Below, one piece after another: positions 40,327-50,178 of a DNA stretch of 64,000 bases. The stretch lies in IMG/VR virus record IMGVR_UViG_3300035670_013228, positions 96,001-160,000 of that record. One strand, given 5' to 3'. Source of the DNA: a virus. Below the pieces are notes generated by a model, which saw only the letters and a program-made list of their open reading frames with translations, searched no databases and was not told the DNA's origin. The translations under genes and the position numbers were made by a program. How positions within the stretch are numbered: the first letter of the stretch is position 1; each line of letters starts with the position of its first letter.

Positions 40327-41508
40327 TTAAGAGATAATGTTTTCTGTTTTGATAAATAATGGATATATAGTAGCGGACGTAGAGGAGTACGCATTAGCGG
40401 ATACGTATTTTATACCATTAATAAAATCTGGTCCTACGTATGTTCTAGTATATTGTACATTACTAATACTTGCATATATACATATAGTATTAGAATTATT
40501 TGGACTATTAGAATTTAATGTCAATGTTATAGGTTCTCTAATAATAATTGGATCTATACCATTCAAAGCAAAGCCAGGAATTCCGTTTCTGTAGATTTCT
40601 GAACAATCAGTATCATTAGGACCATTGGTATTTTTTATAGTTATAGGATAAGTATGTATAGTATTAATAAAATTATTACCTCCTCCACTAATACCAACTT
40701 TAAGTTCGAATGTATCAACAACAAAAGACGAGCTAGTTTCTGCAAAATCCTGAGAATTTTGATTAGATAGTTCTAGTTGTTTTCTCTCATTCGTAAGGCC
40801 AGAGGCTGGAACGAATGGAATAGGATCGAACGTTATATTTGATACCTTTAATCCAATGGTACACAACAGTTTCAAACTTTCATTAGTCTTTGATTGATAA
40901 AAATCACTATAGTTAATTGATAATAAATTATATCCGCTAGTCGATGGAGCAAAATTATTATCTAGATTAGATATTATTTCAGCAGTGGTCTTGGTTTTGG
41001 TTTTTTCAGAATTCAGAATAGTATATTTGTGTGGCCATGCGGACTCTATCGTGTATGCTATACCATTACCGTCTAACATATTTAGACCAGTAGTAGATAT
41101 TATTCCGCTATGGAATGGTGGTCCTGTTTTGCCGTAAACAAGCGACGATGCAGTGTTGGAGGCAAAATTTAATTCTATATTATTTCCAGCTACACAATTT
41201 AAACCTGTGGTGCTAATAGTTTGATTATAAGGAAAATCTGTAGCATAATCATATCTCATTAGATTACCGGTGAGCGGCGAATGATTAATAGTTAAAATAT
41301 TTGCGCCACTATTATAATATGTACTAATTCCAGACTGTGGACTAGTTAATAGATTTAGTCTAACTATATATCTTCTGATTAAACCTAATGGTACTTTGAT
41401 ATTTTCTGGAAAAGATCCTTCCTCTAAATGACCAGTAACCACAACCATTAGATCTTTATCCAAGATGTATGGAGATAGTGGTAGATCAGAAATTTTACTA
41501 TCTGCCAT
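40327..41508 (-). CDS. Putative virion structural/fibre protein
   Basis: MADSKISDLP...DLMVVVTG N-terminus, Ser/Thr/Asn-rich body; paralogous start with the next gene. Confidence 0.6.
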   Translation of the reverse strand: MADSKISDLPLSPYILDKDLMVVVTGHLEEGSFPENIKVPLGLIRRYIVRLNLLTSPQSGISTYYNSGANILTINHSPLTGNLMRYDYATDFPYNQTISTTGLNCVAGNNIELNFASNTASSLVYGKTGPPFHSGIISTTGLNMLDGNGIAYTIESAWPHKYTILNSEKTKTKTTAEIISNLDNNFAPSTSGYNLLSINYSDFYQSKTNESLKLLCTIGLKVSNITFDPIPFVPASGLTNERKQLELSNQNSQDFAETSSSFVVDTFELKVGISGGGNNFINTIHTYPITIKNTNGPNDTDCSEIYRNGIPGFALNGIDPIIIREPITLTLNSNSPNNSNTICIYASISNVQYTRTYVGPDFINGIKYVSANAYSSTSATIYPLFIKTENIIS

Positions 41509-41528
41509 TTTTTATCCTATTTTTATTA

Positions 41529-42323
41529 TTAGATTATTTTTTCCGCTTTAAGCCAACTACCTTTCTTTAGTACTCCGCTTGTAGCTTGGTCGTTACTATC
41601 GGTAGTAAAATCGAACCGTATTGTATCAGCTTCTGAACTATTTGTTTCTACAATAAATTTATTGACCAAGGAAATAGGCAGGCCAGTGGCGGATGAATGA
41701 ATAGTTTCTACTGCTAAACCATAGCCACTAATTGATGATGTTGATCCTCTTAAAAGTAAGACTCCTTCATTATCCAAATGATAATGATTCCAATTTCCAT
41801 ATATTTGTGTAGGATAATTAACTTCCATAGTACCTGTTACAGCAATAGAGCCTGATATGTTCATATCTACTTCGTTACCAACAAATATTGCGCCAAGTTC
41901 ACATAAGTATTTACTGTTACCGGATAAAGGTATACTTAGATCTGAACTTTGAACCCATAAAGATCCGGTGGCTGGTAAATCGGAACTTTGAAATTTAATT
42001 ATTTGTTGTATTTGTCCACTTACAGTACTAGCAAAATCTGTAATATTTGATGCTGTATGAGTATGGGATGTGTATGCATAGCCACTAACATTAATATTGA
42101 CTTTATTCGGTAGTGTTGCGCTGATAGTTGGTACTAGATGTATACCGGTGCCATTAGTAATAAGTTCATCTATATTAACAATATTATTTACTAATCCAGA
42201 TAATGGAAATTTATGTGTGACTAGTGTTGCTCCGGGGGTGCCTACTCCGGTAACAACAACCATCAAATCTCCGCTAGCTACACTTTGTGTTGCTGTTAAT
42301 TCAGATATTTTTTTATCGGCCAT
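41529..42323 (-). CDS. Putative virion structural/fibre protein
   Basis: MADKKISELTA...GDLMVVVTG; YAYTSHTHTASNITDF tail-fibre-type motif. Confidence 0.65.
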   Translation of the reverse strand: MADKKISELTATQSVASGDLMVVVTGVGTPGATLVTHKFPLSGLVNNIVNIDELITNGTGIHLVPTISATLPNKVNINVSGYAYTSHTHTASNITDFASTVSGQIQQIIKFQSSDLPATGSLWVQSSDLSIPLSGNSKYLCELGAIFVGNEVDMNISGSIAVTGTMEVNYPTQIYGNWNHYHLDNEGVLLLRGSTSSISGYGLAVETIHSSATGLPISLVNKFIVETNSSEADTIRFDFTTDSNDQATSGVLKKGSWLKAEKII

Positions 42324-42334
42324 ATTTTATCCTT

Positions 42335-42583
42335 TCACTTATTTAAAAATTTGTTATATAATATTAAGCTTATAATACCACCAGCAACACCCATAAATAT
42401 ACCCGAAGGACTTAGACTATCATAAGTGCCTAAGATATATAGTATAGCTCCACCCATGTAAGAACCAGCAACACCAAGAGCTATTGTTTGAAAAAATCCA
42501 AGTCTTAAATTTATTGGTACAATAGCTTTAGCCAATGACCCCACAAATAAACCATACACTATCCAGATTAAAAGATTAAACAT
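42335..42583 (-). CDS. GlsB/YeaQ/YmgE (transglycosylase-associated) membrane protein
   Basis: WIVYGLFVGSLAKAIVP...TIALGVAGSYMGG...GVAGGII. Confidence 0.85.
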   Translation of the reverse strand: MFNLLIWIVYGLFVGSLAKAIVPINLRLGFFQTIALGVAGSYMGGAILYILGTYDSLSPSGIFMGVAGGIISLILYNKFLNK

Positions 42584-42965
42584 TTGTTGCCTCCAGAAGC
42601 GTTAAAGATTCACTATCATTGAGATTCTTACCAACTTCCATGATGGCATTTTTTAAACTAACTCCATATTGTTTATACTGTTGTTTACTCAAGTGTTGTT
42701 TGATTATTTTATTTAATCTATAATTATTTAGCCAATTATCTTTAATAGTTAAATTTACTATGGTATGTCTAAGATCCAAAGCTTCGCTCATTTTATCATT
42801 TTTGCGTCTTTTGCTTCTACATTCTTGAATAACTCTTATTAAACTAAGTATAACGCCAATCACAATAATTATTGTTATTGGATCAAAACCATAGTTATTA
42901 TTTTTAATATTTGCTTTATCTATTACTTTTTGAGCAATATGTTCTAAATTAGGATCTATTTGCAT
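42576..42965 (-). CDS. Single-TM hypothetical protein
   Basis: FDPITIIIVIGVILSLIRVIQEC hydrophobic segment. Confidence 0.7.
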   Translation of the reverse strand: MQIDPNLEHIAQKVIDKANIKNNNYGFDPITIIIVIGVILSLIRVIQECRSKRRKNDKMSEALDLRHTIVNLTIKDNWLNNYRLNKIIKQHLSKQQYKQYGVSLKNAIMEVGKNLNDSESLTLLEATNV

Positions 42966-42977
42966 ATTATATCTCTC

Positions 42978-43208
42978 TTAGGGTAGGCAATAACCACAAT
43001 CAACCATTTTGATTCCATCGCCACTCAAATATTTACCACTTCCTTTGCACACCGGACATTCTTTTCTTTTGTATTTTTTAACTGGTTCATTGCCAATATT
43101 TTTTATTATAGCTCCGGATAAAACAACAGGAGCAGACGAATTACCACTGTATCTGGATGATCCAAATATTATAGCAATAAATAATAGTGGTAGTATTAGT
43201 TTATTCAT
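42978..43208 (-). CDS. Signal-peptide protein with DnaJ-type CxxCxGxG motif
   Basis: MNKLILPLLFIAIIFG...ECPVCKGSG...DCGYC. Start at ATG 43208 (track 43268). Confidence 0.65.
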   Translation of the reverse strand: MNKLILPLLFIAIIFGSSRYSGNSSAPVVLSGAIIKNIGNEPVKKYKRKECPVCKGSGKYLSGDGIKMVDCGYCLP

Positions 43209-43368
43209 TTCTACCTCTTGGAAATAGTCGTTTGCGTTTTGTTGGTGGTTTGGGAACGATAGAATCATCTGATTCTGTTTTTGGTACTACTAATTTTATA
43301 ACAGATAATATAAAGCTTAAAATAATAGATATTAATCTATTTAGCGCTAATTTATCCAGAAATCTCAT
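43201..43368 (-). CDS. 55-aa membrane protein absent from the ORF track
   Basis: Translates as MRFLDKLALNRLISIILSFILSVIKLVVPKTESDDSIVPKPPTKRKRLFPRGRNE*. Fills the gap and overlaps the next start by 8 nt. Confidence 0.7.
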   Translation of the reverse strand: MRFLDKLALNRLISIILSFILSVIKLVVPKTESDDSIVPKPPTKRKRLFPRGRNE

Positions 43369-43375
43369 ATTGTTC

Positions 43376-45322
43376 TCAGCTTTCTAAATAATCAAAACCA
43401 TAGTCTGGTAATTTTTGTAATGGAAATCCATCAAAGTCGCTAAAAGCATATGCTCCGTTGCCTTTTAACATACCAGCTGCTACATCTGCTTTTATTAAAA
43501 ATGACCCGTTTGGAATAGTGTCCCATTCAGGATGCCCTCCAGAGTTCCAACTATTCCCACACCAAACAGCCCTTCCGTTTCTTCTAACATACATAATATG
43601 ATTAGGAATAGTAGCACAATATATTTTACCATTATAAGGTAATAATATTGGTTTTGTTCCGTTATGTTCTCTTGGTGTTAGTGAAATTTCTTTTATATTA
43701 AGTCTATATTCTTTATGTCTAGTTATATTTTTATGACCATTTTTTTCATTATCTCTACCAATACGATTAATCTCTATTATATCTGCGGCTAATCCTATTT
43801 TTAGTATTAGTTCTTGCATATCATCTGCTAGTTTTTTTGAGGATGTATAATAATTAATTTTCCCATTAGACCTAGAACCATCTCCTAGCATCATAGCATC
43901 AAAAAATATTTTTTGTTGTCTTGATGATAAATTTTTTATATAGTCTGGGATATATTTTTGATGAGCTTTACCATAAATTTTCAATTTATTATATAAGCTT
44001 TTGTCATAAGACACCATATTCGAAGAAAATCTAAATGGTAGCTTATTTATACAATTTTGTATTATTTCTCTTGATTCTTTTTTATTCTGACTTATACCAA
44101 CTAATCCATAATATTTAATATCTCCATTAGACATTACTTTTTTATGATTACAAGTATGTCCTTCAGAAATAAAATATCCTAAAAATTCTAACCATAAGTC
44201 CATAGATATAATATTTGAGCCTATTTTTATATTCTCGACTTCTTCTCCTTTCCATTTTGCATTTTTTTTAATATGAATATATTTAGGGCAATTTTGTGAT
44301 TCTATTAATTGCCAAGAATCAATTCTATCTAAATCAGAATTTAACTTACCAATATACATATTATGATTATCTGTAACCAATAAATCTACTCCTCTAAAAT
44401 GATAATGATTTAAATAGCCATTATAATCATACTCAAATTTTTGTTGAATTTGTTGCCACTCTAAATAATGATTATTGGGATTTAATGTTGCTAATATGTC
44501 AGTGTCTGTTAAGTTTTTAAATAATTTCCATCCTGTTTTAGTAAGCACTTCAGTATCGTCTGAATAACAACCCCAACTATTTTGTACTAAAAACGCTGGT
44601 TCACTACCAGTATCATCACAAGCAATCCAGGCCATAGCGTGAGCCCAAGAACCTTGTGGTTTAGCAAAACCCTTATTATCTCTTTTATTACTAAAACCAT
44701 ACATACTACAAACACTAATACCATAACCATTAGCTAAGGCATCTCGTGCTTCTTCTACTGTTCTTACTAAACTAACAGTTTTTACTTGATGATCATTAGC
44801 TAAATCTATAACTTTATCTGGTAGTCCTCGTCCTCCCCAACCAGCACCTAGCATACCTTGATATTTTGTTAAATCTATAACACCCTTATAATCTTTTCTG
44901 ACTAAAACTCCACCATACTTACTTACAAATTCTGCTGCTCTAGCACAACTCATACCCTGACCACCATGTCCTCTTGCTCCATAAATAGCTTCTGTTGCTC
45001 CTCTTGCTATCCATGCTTCTCTATTTCTCTTAACATCTATTTCTACAGCACGAGTAACATCTACCGCATTACGGGTAGAGTGGCTAACACAGTCACTCGT
45101 CACCTGACGCTCATTATATGGATTCTTATCAAACTTCAAAACACTTTTGTATGGAGTAGATAGTTTACCCTTGCCTGTCCCAACTATTCTTTTTGCTCCA
45201 TCACCAAAATAAGCATATTTAGAAACTTCTAATAAATGATCAAAAATATGCTGTTCCCACAAGCACCCTTGAAATCCATCCTTATAAAGTTTGTATAATT
45301 GTTCTGGTGAGTATCTAGCCAT
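43376..45322 (-). CDS. Papain-like (C1) cysteine peptidase precursor interrupted by an intein (309 aa after splicing)
   Basis: Catalytic motifs QVTSDCVSH, WAHAM and QNSWG; intein at aa 252-590. Confidence 0.85.
   Translation of the reverse strand: MARYSPEQLYKLYKDGFQGCLWEQHIFDHLLEVSKYAYFGDGAKRIVGTGKGKLSTPYKSVLKFDKNPYNERQVTSDCVSHSTRNAVDVTRAVEIDVKRNREAWIARGATEAIYGARGHGGQGMSCARAAEFVSKYGGVLVRKDYKGVIDLTKYQGMLGAGWGGRGLPDKVIDLANDHQVKTVSLVRTVEEARDALANGYGISVCSMYGFSNKRDNKGFAKPQGSWAHAMAWIACDDTGSEPAFLVQNSWGCYSDDTEVLTKTGWKLFKNLTDTDILATLNPNNHYLEWQQIQQKFEYDYNGYLNHYHFRGVDLLVTDNHNMYIGKLNSDLDRIDSWQLIESQNCPKYIHIKKNAKWKGEEVENIKIGSNIISMDLWLEFLGYFISEGHTCNHKKVMSNGDIKYYGLVGISQNKKESREIIQNCINKLPFRFSSNMVSYDKSLYNKLKIYGKAHQKYIPDYIKNLSSRQQKIFFDAMMLGDGSRSNGKINYYTSSKKLADDMQELILKIGLAADIIEINRIGRDNEKNGHKNITRHKEYRLNIKEISLTPREHNGTKPILLPYNGKIYCATIPNHIMYVRRNGRAVWCGNSWNSGGHPEWDTIPNGSFLIKADVAAGMLKGNGAYAFSDFDGFPLQKLPDYGFDYLES
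43553..44569 (-). mobile_element. Intein (339 aa) with LAGLIDADG homing endonuclease
   Basis: Starts CYSDDTEVLTKTGWK, ends IYCATIPNHIMYVRRNGRAVWCGN followed by Ser+1. Internal FLGYFISEG and AMMLGDGS motifs. Confidence 0.93.
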
Positions 45323-45825
45323 TATTTACTTCCCTCATAAAAAGCCCATGCTAAACCATTAAAAGCTTCAACAGCTTTTTTTCTAAGTTCAGGATCTAGG
45401 GCCACATTATCATCTCCGATATGCTGTACAACAACATAAGTAGCGGCCTGCGTTAGATCAGGATATTTACCCTTAAGATCAAGATTATAAAAAGCTCCAG
45501 CTATTTTATTAGCTTCTCTAATCTCATCAGTATTTTTAATTACTTCATCTTCACCGTCTAGTTCTATTAGTCTTGCCAAGTCAGAGAATAAACCACTTAA
45601 TTTCACACCATCAACTGATCGATCAGAACTTCCGGATTTTAGAATTTCGGTTACTTTTTCACAATTATCTTTTAGTGATGGATCCAACGGCGCTAGTACT
45701 AATGGAACATTATTTATTGGATTAGTTGATAGATTATTTTTAATAACTGGTCCAAGTAATCCGTATGCTAGTAATAGTCCTCCAATAGTTAGAACTATTA
45801 TATTAGTATTATTTTTAATATTCAT
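45322..45825 (-). CDS. N-terminally anchored membrane protein
   Basis: IIVLTIGGLLLAYGLLGP; TAATG overlap with the peptidase start. Confidence 0.7.
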   Translation of the reverse strand: MNIKNNTNIIVLTIGGLLLAYGLLGPVIKNNLSTNPINNVPLVLAPLDPSLKDNCEKVTEILKSGSSDRSVDGVKLSGLFSDLARLIELDGEDEVIKNTDEIREANKIAGAFYNLDLKGKYPDLTQAATYVVVQHIGDDNVALDPELRKKAVEAFNGLAWAFYEGSK

Positions 45826-46178
45826 TTGTTCTCCTGATCACAAACATTAGGACTAAGATATGGAAATGCACTATCTAAAACCTCAACAGCTTTTGGACAC
45901 CCCATTTTTTCTGCTAAATCCCTAGTATTTTTCCAACTACTAATTAGTTTGAGAAAATCATTATCATTAGTTTTAACTGTGGTTACAGGCGTAGATGTTA
46001 CGGCGTCGTTTTTGACCTTATTCACAACGCTATTATAAGTATTAATTATTAGATCTTTTAATGGAGTTAATTTATCCTTGAACAATACAAATAATACTAA
46101 AGCGGCTCCGCCGTAAACCATTAAATCCGTTGTTGATAATCGACTACTAAATTCTTGAAAACTTTCGGCATAATTCAT
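45822..46178 (-). CDS. Single-TM hypothetical protein
   Basis: LMVYGGAALVLFVLF segment. Confidence 0.7.
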   Translation of the reverse strand: MNYAESFQEFSSRLSTTDLMVYGGAALVLFVLFKDKLTPLKDLIINTYNSVVNKVKNDAVTSTPVTTVKTNDNDFLKLISSWKNTRDLAEKMGCPKAVEVLDSAFPYLSPNVCDQENK

Positions 46179-46191
46179 AAGATTCGTCCTT

Positions 46192-46620
46192 TCAGACTAA
46201 ATAATTGTTTTGAACTGTTAACTTTGGTTTAAAGACGCCCGCTTCTCTAAAGATTTTAACCATACTATCAATTGTTGAACTGACCAAAATCATAAGAAAA
46301 CTTTTAACATAAGAATGAATGTACCCTTCTATTATGTGAGGTACAACAGGAATGTCAACTGCTAAAAATAAGCTATCGTAGAATTTACTAATCATGCTCA
46401 TAGCAAGAGCTTTTTTATCTGGACTACTTAAATCATTTCCTATTATTTCTATAATTTGAATAATACTAGCTATTGCTAACTGTAAAATTTTCCATGCTTG
46501 ATCAATTGCAAATCTTTTAACATCCTTAAATGATTCTTTTGTTCTATTTATCAGTTTTTCTACTTCGTTTAGTATTAGTTCTTGGCTTTTTGGTTGTTCG
46601 GGACTTTCTTGGTTTATCAT
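46192..46620 (-). CDS. Hypothetical amphipathic protein
   Basis: ORF; ATG 46620 preferred (track 46659). Confidence 0.65.
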   Translation of the reverse strand: MINQESPEQPKSQELILNEVEKLINRTKESFKDVKRFAIDQAWKILQLAIASIIQIIEIIGNDLSSPDKKALAMSMISKFYDSLFLAVDIPVVPHIIEGYIHSYVKSFLMILVSSTIDSMVKIFREAGVFKPKLTVQNNYLV

Positions 46621-46888
46621 CTTTTTTCTCCTCATTAACAACTGGTGGGGTGTTGACAACTTCTGGTTTGATTTCAGCTTTAATATTTTTTCTACTATTA
46701 ATATACTTATATAATATTACAAATTGACCACCAATTAGAATACAACTTTCCACAGCATGACTAACAACACTAATAAGTTCTTCTTTATTAGTATGATCAT
46801 TAATAATACCGGTTAGATATAATCCACTAAAAATAAAACTAACGAGTGTAAACCAGAACTCGCTTGTGCGGTATCCGGGTTTGATCAT
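46544..46888 (-). CDS. Putative holin-like membrane protein
   Basis: KPGYRTSEFW followed by two hydrophobic segments and a very basic C-terminal tail. Confidence 0.5.
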   Translation of the reverse strand: MIKPGYRTSEFWFTLVSFIFSGLYLTGIINDHTNKEELISVVSHAVESCILIGGQFVILYKYINSRKNIKAEIKPEVVNTPPVVNEEKKDDKPRKSRTTKKPRTNTKRSRKTDK

Positions 46889-46920
46889 AATTTTTCTCCA
46901 AAAATAAATACTATATAATA

Positions 46921-46927
46921 ATACACC
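46921..46927 (-). promoter_or_regulatory. GGTGTAT motif (candidate phage promoter)
   Basis: Intergenic, AT-rich tract, then GGAG RBS and ATG 46888. Confidence 0.55.
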
Positions 46928-46939
46928 ATCTCATTTTTA

Positions 46940-47809
46940 TTATTGTTTATCAAATTTTACGGTTTTTAAAGCTTGGTCAAATATATTTTGTATAGAATTT
47001 TCTGGTATTCTTGATTTAAAGTATGAGAAAATTTGCTTTATCATTTCGTGGTCTGGATCTTGAGTTAATTCCAACCATCCAATAAAATAATTCCATATTC
47101 TATCTTCAAGTATTAGTGGATATTTTACACCAAGCGGTCTTCCAAATCTATGTACCCATCCAAGTTGTGGCAAGCATATATTTTTGCCACCATTTCTTCT
47201 AAATTTTTCTGCTATATATCCTTCTTCTCCACCAAATCCTTTAAAGTGTTCACATATTCCCGGCCAGTTTTTCTTTTCAAAAGAACACAAACCCATACCA
47301 TGCATTAGTATCTCAAATGGTTTATTAGATTTATATTTTTCATGATCAGTAGCCCATGTTCCGTACATATCTCCGCTCCAATTAGGATCAAAATGAGTAG
47401 AAAAATTTTTTAGATCATCATAAATCAACGGACCTTGTATCAAGTTCTTACAATCCGTATTTTCTGCATAATAATTTAATAATGAATTAATAGCATCTTT
47501 AACTAATAAAATATGACAATCAATAATAAGAATATATTTTCCAATAGCGTGTTTTACTATTTCATATTTGTTAAAACTAGAATTTTTATCTGTTTTTGGT
47601 AAATATTTTCCCAGTTGATTTAATCCGTTTTCAACAAATTTTTTTGTAACTTTCCCGCTTTCGCTATTTGAATTATTGTCTAATATAATATATTCTACAG
47701 AATCTGTGTTACAGATTTCATGATACATTCTTAAACTTTGTATTGTAAAAAATACTCCATCATAATCATCGTATGTTGCCATGCCAATTGTTAATAATTT
47801 TTGATTCAT
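46940..47809 (-). CDS. Glycosyltransferase family 2
   Basis: LTIGMATYDDY, ILDN, IIDCH, FKGFGGEEG, WVHRF. Confidence 0.85.
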   Translation of the reverse strand: MNQKLLTIGMATYDDYDGVFFTIQSLRMYHEICNTDSVEYIILDNNSNSESGKVTKKFVENGLNQLGKYLPKTDKNSSFNKYEIVKHAIGKYILIIDCHILLVKDAINSLLNYYAENTDCKNLIQGPLIYDDLKNFSTHFDPNWSGDMYGTWATDHEKYKSNKPFEILMHGMGLCSFEKKNWPGICEHFKGFGGEEGYIAEKFRRNGGKNICLPQLGWVHRFGRPLGVKYPLILEDRIWNYFIGWLELTQDPDHEMIKQIFSYFKSRIPENSIQNIFDQALKTVKFDKQ

Positions 47810-47812
47810 AAA

Positions 47813-48307
47813 TTATCTTTTATTTAAATATGGATATTCTACATTCGGTATAGATTTATTTAAATAATTACACAATTTATCCCACTTGTTCGTGTCATTA
47901 AGATATAATACTAATAAATCATTTGGTCTATTTTTGAAATAGTTCGTTACAAAATCGTGATAATTGTCGTATGCGTCTAGAAATTTGTTTCTGTCAAAAA
48001 CTATAGTTTTGTATAATATCGCCCTGCCCTCTAGTAACCAAAGAGGATCGTTGTGATTACGAACCAAAGATGCGGCGCTGTCTATCCAATTGTATTTGTC
48101 TCTGGTTGTAAGTATAAACTTGCTATTAGGATAAAAAATGTCTAGTATGGGAAATCTTGCGGCAACAGGAGTATCTGTGCTAGCATCATAATTTTCTATG
48201 TCGTGATAACTCATAGGAAGATGCTTGGCGGAATAGCCTAATATTCTCAACGCTTCTGTTAGCGATGTTGTACCTGTTCGTGTTAGTCCGATACCAAATA
48301 TTTTCAT
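47813..48307 (-). CDS. Sulfotransferase-family protein
   Basis: KIFGIGLTRTGTTSL (5'-PSB loop), KFILTTRD...W..S. Start at ATG 48307 (track 48376). Confidence 0.85.
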   Translation of the reverse strand: MKIFGIGLTRTGTTSLTEALRILGYSAKHLPMSYHDIENYDASTDTPVAARFPILDIFYPNSKFILTTRDKYNWIDSAASLVRNHNDPLWLLEGRAILYKTIVFDRNKFLDAYDNYHDFVTNYFKNRPNDLLVLYLNDTNKWDKLCNYLNKSIPNVEYPYLNKR

Positions 48308-48879
48308 ACCAACTTGGAACCTTCTGGCACACAAAATCCAAACATAAACATTATTCTTGGAGATTCTCCATGACACTGGTCTACGCTGTGGTAAAGATCC
48401 GTTACAAGGTATGCCATCAAGTCTCCGGGATTCATTTGATAAGTTTTGTCTTGTACATGAATTAATCCGCCACTTTCTGGTACGCTTGAAAGTATATTGA
48501 ATCTTGCTCCGCTCAAACCTTCTCCAACACTAGGATCTTTATGTTTATAAACATCTCCATCGTTATAGGTTACACTAACAACCACTCCATCTTTGCCGTG
48601 ACCGTCAATAACTGGAGCATCAGATATTTTAGCAAAATCATTCTTGAGTCTTTTTTGGATAGTGTATACAGTTTCGCAATAATTTATGTTTGTACTCATT
48701 CTGTTGGTGAGTCGTGTTTTTACTCTTGTAAATTCTTTAGTGTCCCAATTTCCACTCACGCCATCGACAAATTGGTTCTCTTCTACGGCTTCCATGGCCC
48801 ACTTTGTTAATAAATCGCACTCTTCCTTGGTTGCGTAATTTCTTACTACAACAACCTGACCGTCGTATTGTATTTCCAT
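48304..48879 (-). CDS. 2OG-Fe(II) oxygenase (prolyl-4-hydroxylase-like)
   Basis: YNDGDVYKHKD (HxD), ESGG, LYHSV, RIMFMFG. Start at ATG 48879 (track 48957). Confidence 0.8.
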   Translation of the reverse strand: MEIQYDGQVVVVRNYATKEECDLLTKWAMEAVEENQFVDGVSGNWDTKEFTRVKTRLTNRMSTNINYCETVYTIQKRLKNDFAKISDAPVIDGHGKDGVVVSVTYNDGDVYKHKDPSVGEGLSGARFNILSSVPESGGLIHVQDKTYQMNPGDLMAYLVTDLYHSVDQCHGESPRIMFMFGFCVPEGSKLV

Positions 48880-48880
48880 A

Positions 48881-49981
48881 TTAATGCTCCAGAAATAAAC
48901 AGTTAACATCGCTACTATCGCTCGGGCCAAAAACATAACCCAGCGGCACATTACCATTCATCAATCGTCTTGGAAGTCGTGAGTTGCTGAACAAGTAAAT
49001 ATCTCGTAATCTGCCTAGCGTGTGATTAGAGGCATATGATCTAAAAACTATTGGTACTTTTACCAATCGTCCAGATCTTGTAAATAAAGACAATGAAGAT
49101 ACAAGACCGGAGATATCTGACCAAAAGTTTCTTGCTTGATTTGCGTCATTATACCAAGTTAGTGGAATAATTCTCATGGAACTTGAAGTATTTGGCTGAA
49201 ATATAACGCTTTTTATTGATGATAGTTGATTTGTATTAAGAGCTATACTAGTACTATTTTGTTTTACACTTTCTAACCAATTACTACTAAAAGTGTTGAT
49301 AATAGTACCATATAATTTACCATCACTCTCACTGTCCAGTGTTGTGTCGGGACTTTCAGGATCAATTATTGCTCCTGCAAGTAGGAAATAATTTTGTGAA
49401 CCCACAAACGCCACCGCCAAACAATCACTTGACTCATAAACATAAACGCTTCCTGTGAATCCTGAACTGGTTGTAACTAAAGTTTTATAATATCCGTAAA
49501 AAGAACCACTAGTAAAAGGATTAACAGCGGTCCAGTGAGAATAATTTCCGGGGTTTTTTATGATGGTGGAAAAAATTGATAGATGACCACCGTTTGCCTT
49601 GTAAGATCCCAAAACCCAATAACTCCCCCCTTTACCGCTGCTAAAACCATCTTCTCCAGTTGCTATTGTTGGTAGTCTGCTTGCTCCGTTGGGAAGTGAT
49701 GTTGCTGCATTAGCAGCAGTATCTATCCCAGCAGTATCCGCACACAACACTATTTTGTTGTTTATGGTGCGCACAGAAGGATCAATATGTAATACTCTGG
49801 TTGTGCCGCTAGAAACAAGGTTATATGTTCCGGCGGAACCACTACCGGGAGTTCTTGCTGAACCATCAGGATAGGTCGTGCCTAATCCCAAATTATATAT
49901 TCCGTCTATAATTGTTGTTGTGGTTGCTGCACTACAAGATACAACTCCCAAATATCTCCATTGTGTTTTTGGTAAACTCAT
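48881..49981 (-). CDS. Hypothetical, probably virion structural protein
   Basis: Gly/Ser/Thr-rich 366-aa ORF among fibre-like genes. Confidence 0.6.
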   Translation of the reverse strand: MSLPKTQWRYLGVVSCSAATTTTIIDGIYNLGLGTTYPDGSARTPGSGSAGTYNLVSSGTTRVLHIDPSVRTINNKIVLCADTAGIDTAANAATSLPNGASRLPTIATGEDGFSSGKGGSYWVLGSYKANGGHLSIFSTIIKNPGNYSHWTAVNPFTSGSFYGYYKTLVTTSSGFTGSVYVYESSDCLAVAFVGSQNYFLLAGAIIDPESPDTTLDSESDGKLYGTIINTFSSNWLESVKQNSTSIALNTNQLSSIKSVIFQPNTSSSMRIIPLTWYNDANQARNFWSDISGLVSSLSLFTRSGRLVKVPIVFRSYASNHTLGRLRDIYLFSNSRLPRRLMNGNVPLGYVFGPSDSSDVNCLFLEH

Positions 49982-50178
49982 GATAATACTCCTGTAGAAG
50001 TTATGTGTTCTGAAAATGTAGTCATAAGATTATCTCCCAATCCAGCCTGTGTATAATAGTTGGAAGATAAAATCTTGGGCGAATTAGGCTCATAAAAAGA
50101 GTTAGGATAGTTTCCACCTAATATGTAACTATTAATATCTTTTAACTTAAACAAACCATTGCTATTATTTTTATTCAT
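49978..50178 (-). CDS. Small protein sharing the N-terminal motif of 50746..52413
   Basis: NGLFKLKDINSYILGGNYP versus NGIYSLNAINDAIIQGQYP. Confidence 0.65.
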   Translation of the reverse strand: MNKNNSNGLFKLKDINSYILGGNYPNSFYEPNSPKILSSNYYTQAGLGDNLMTTFSEHITSTGVLS

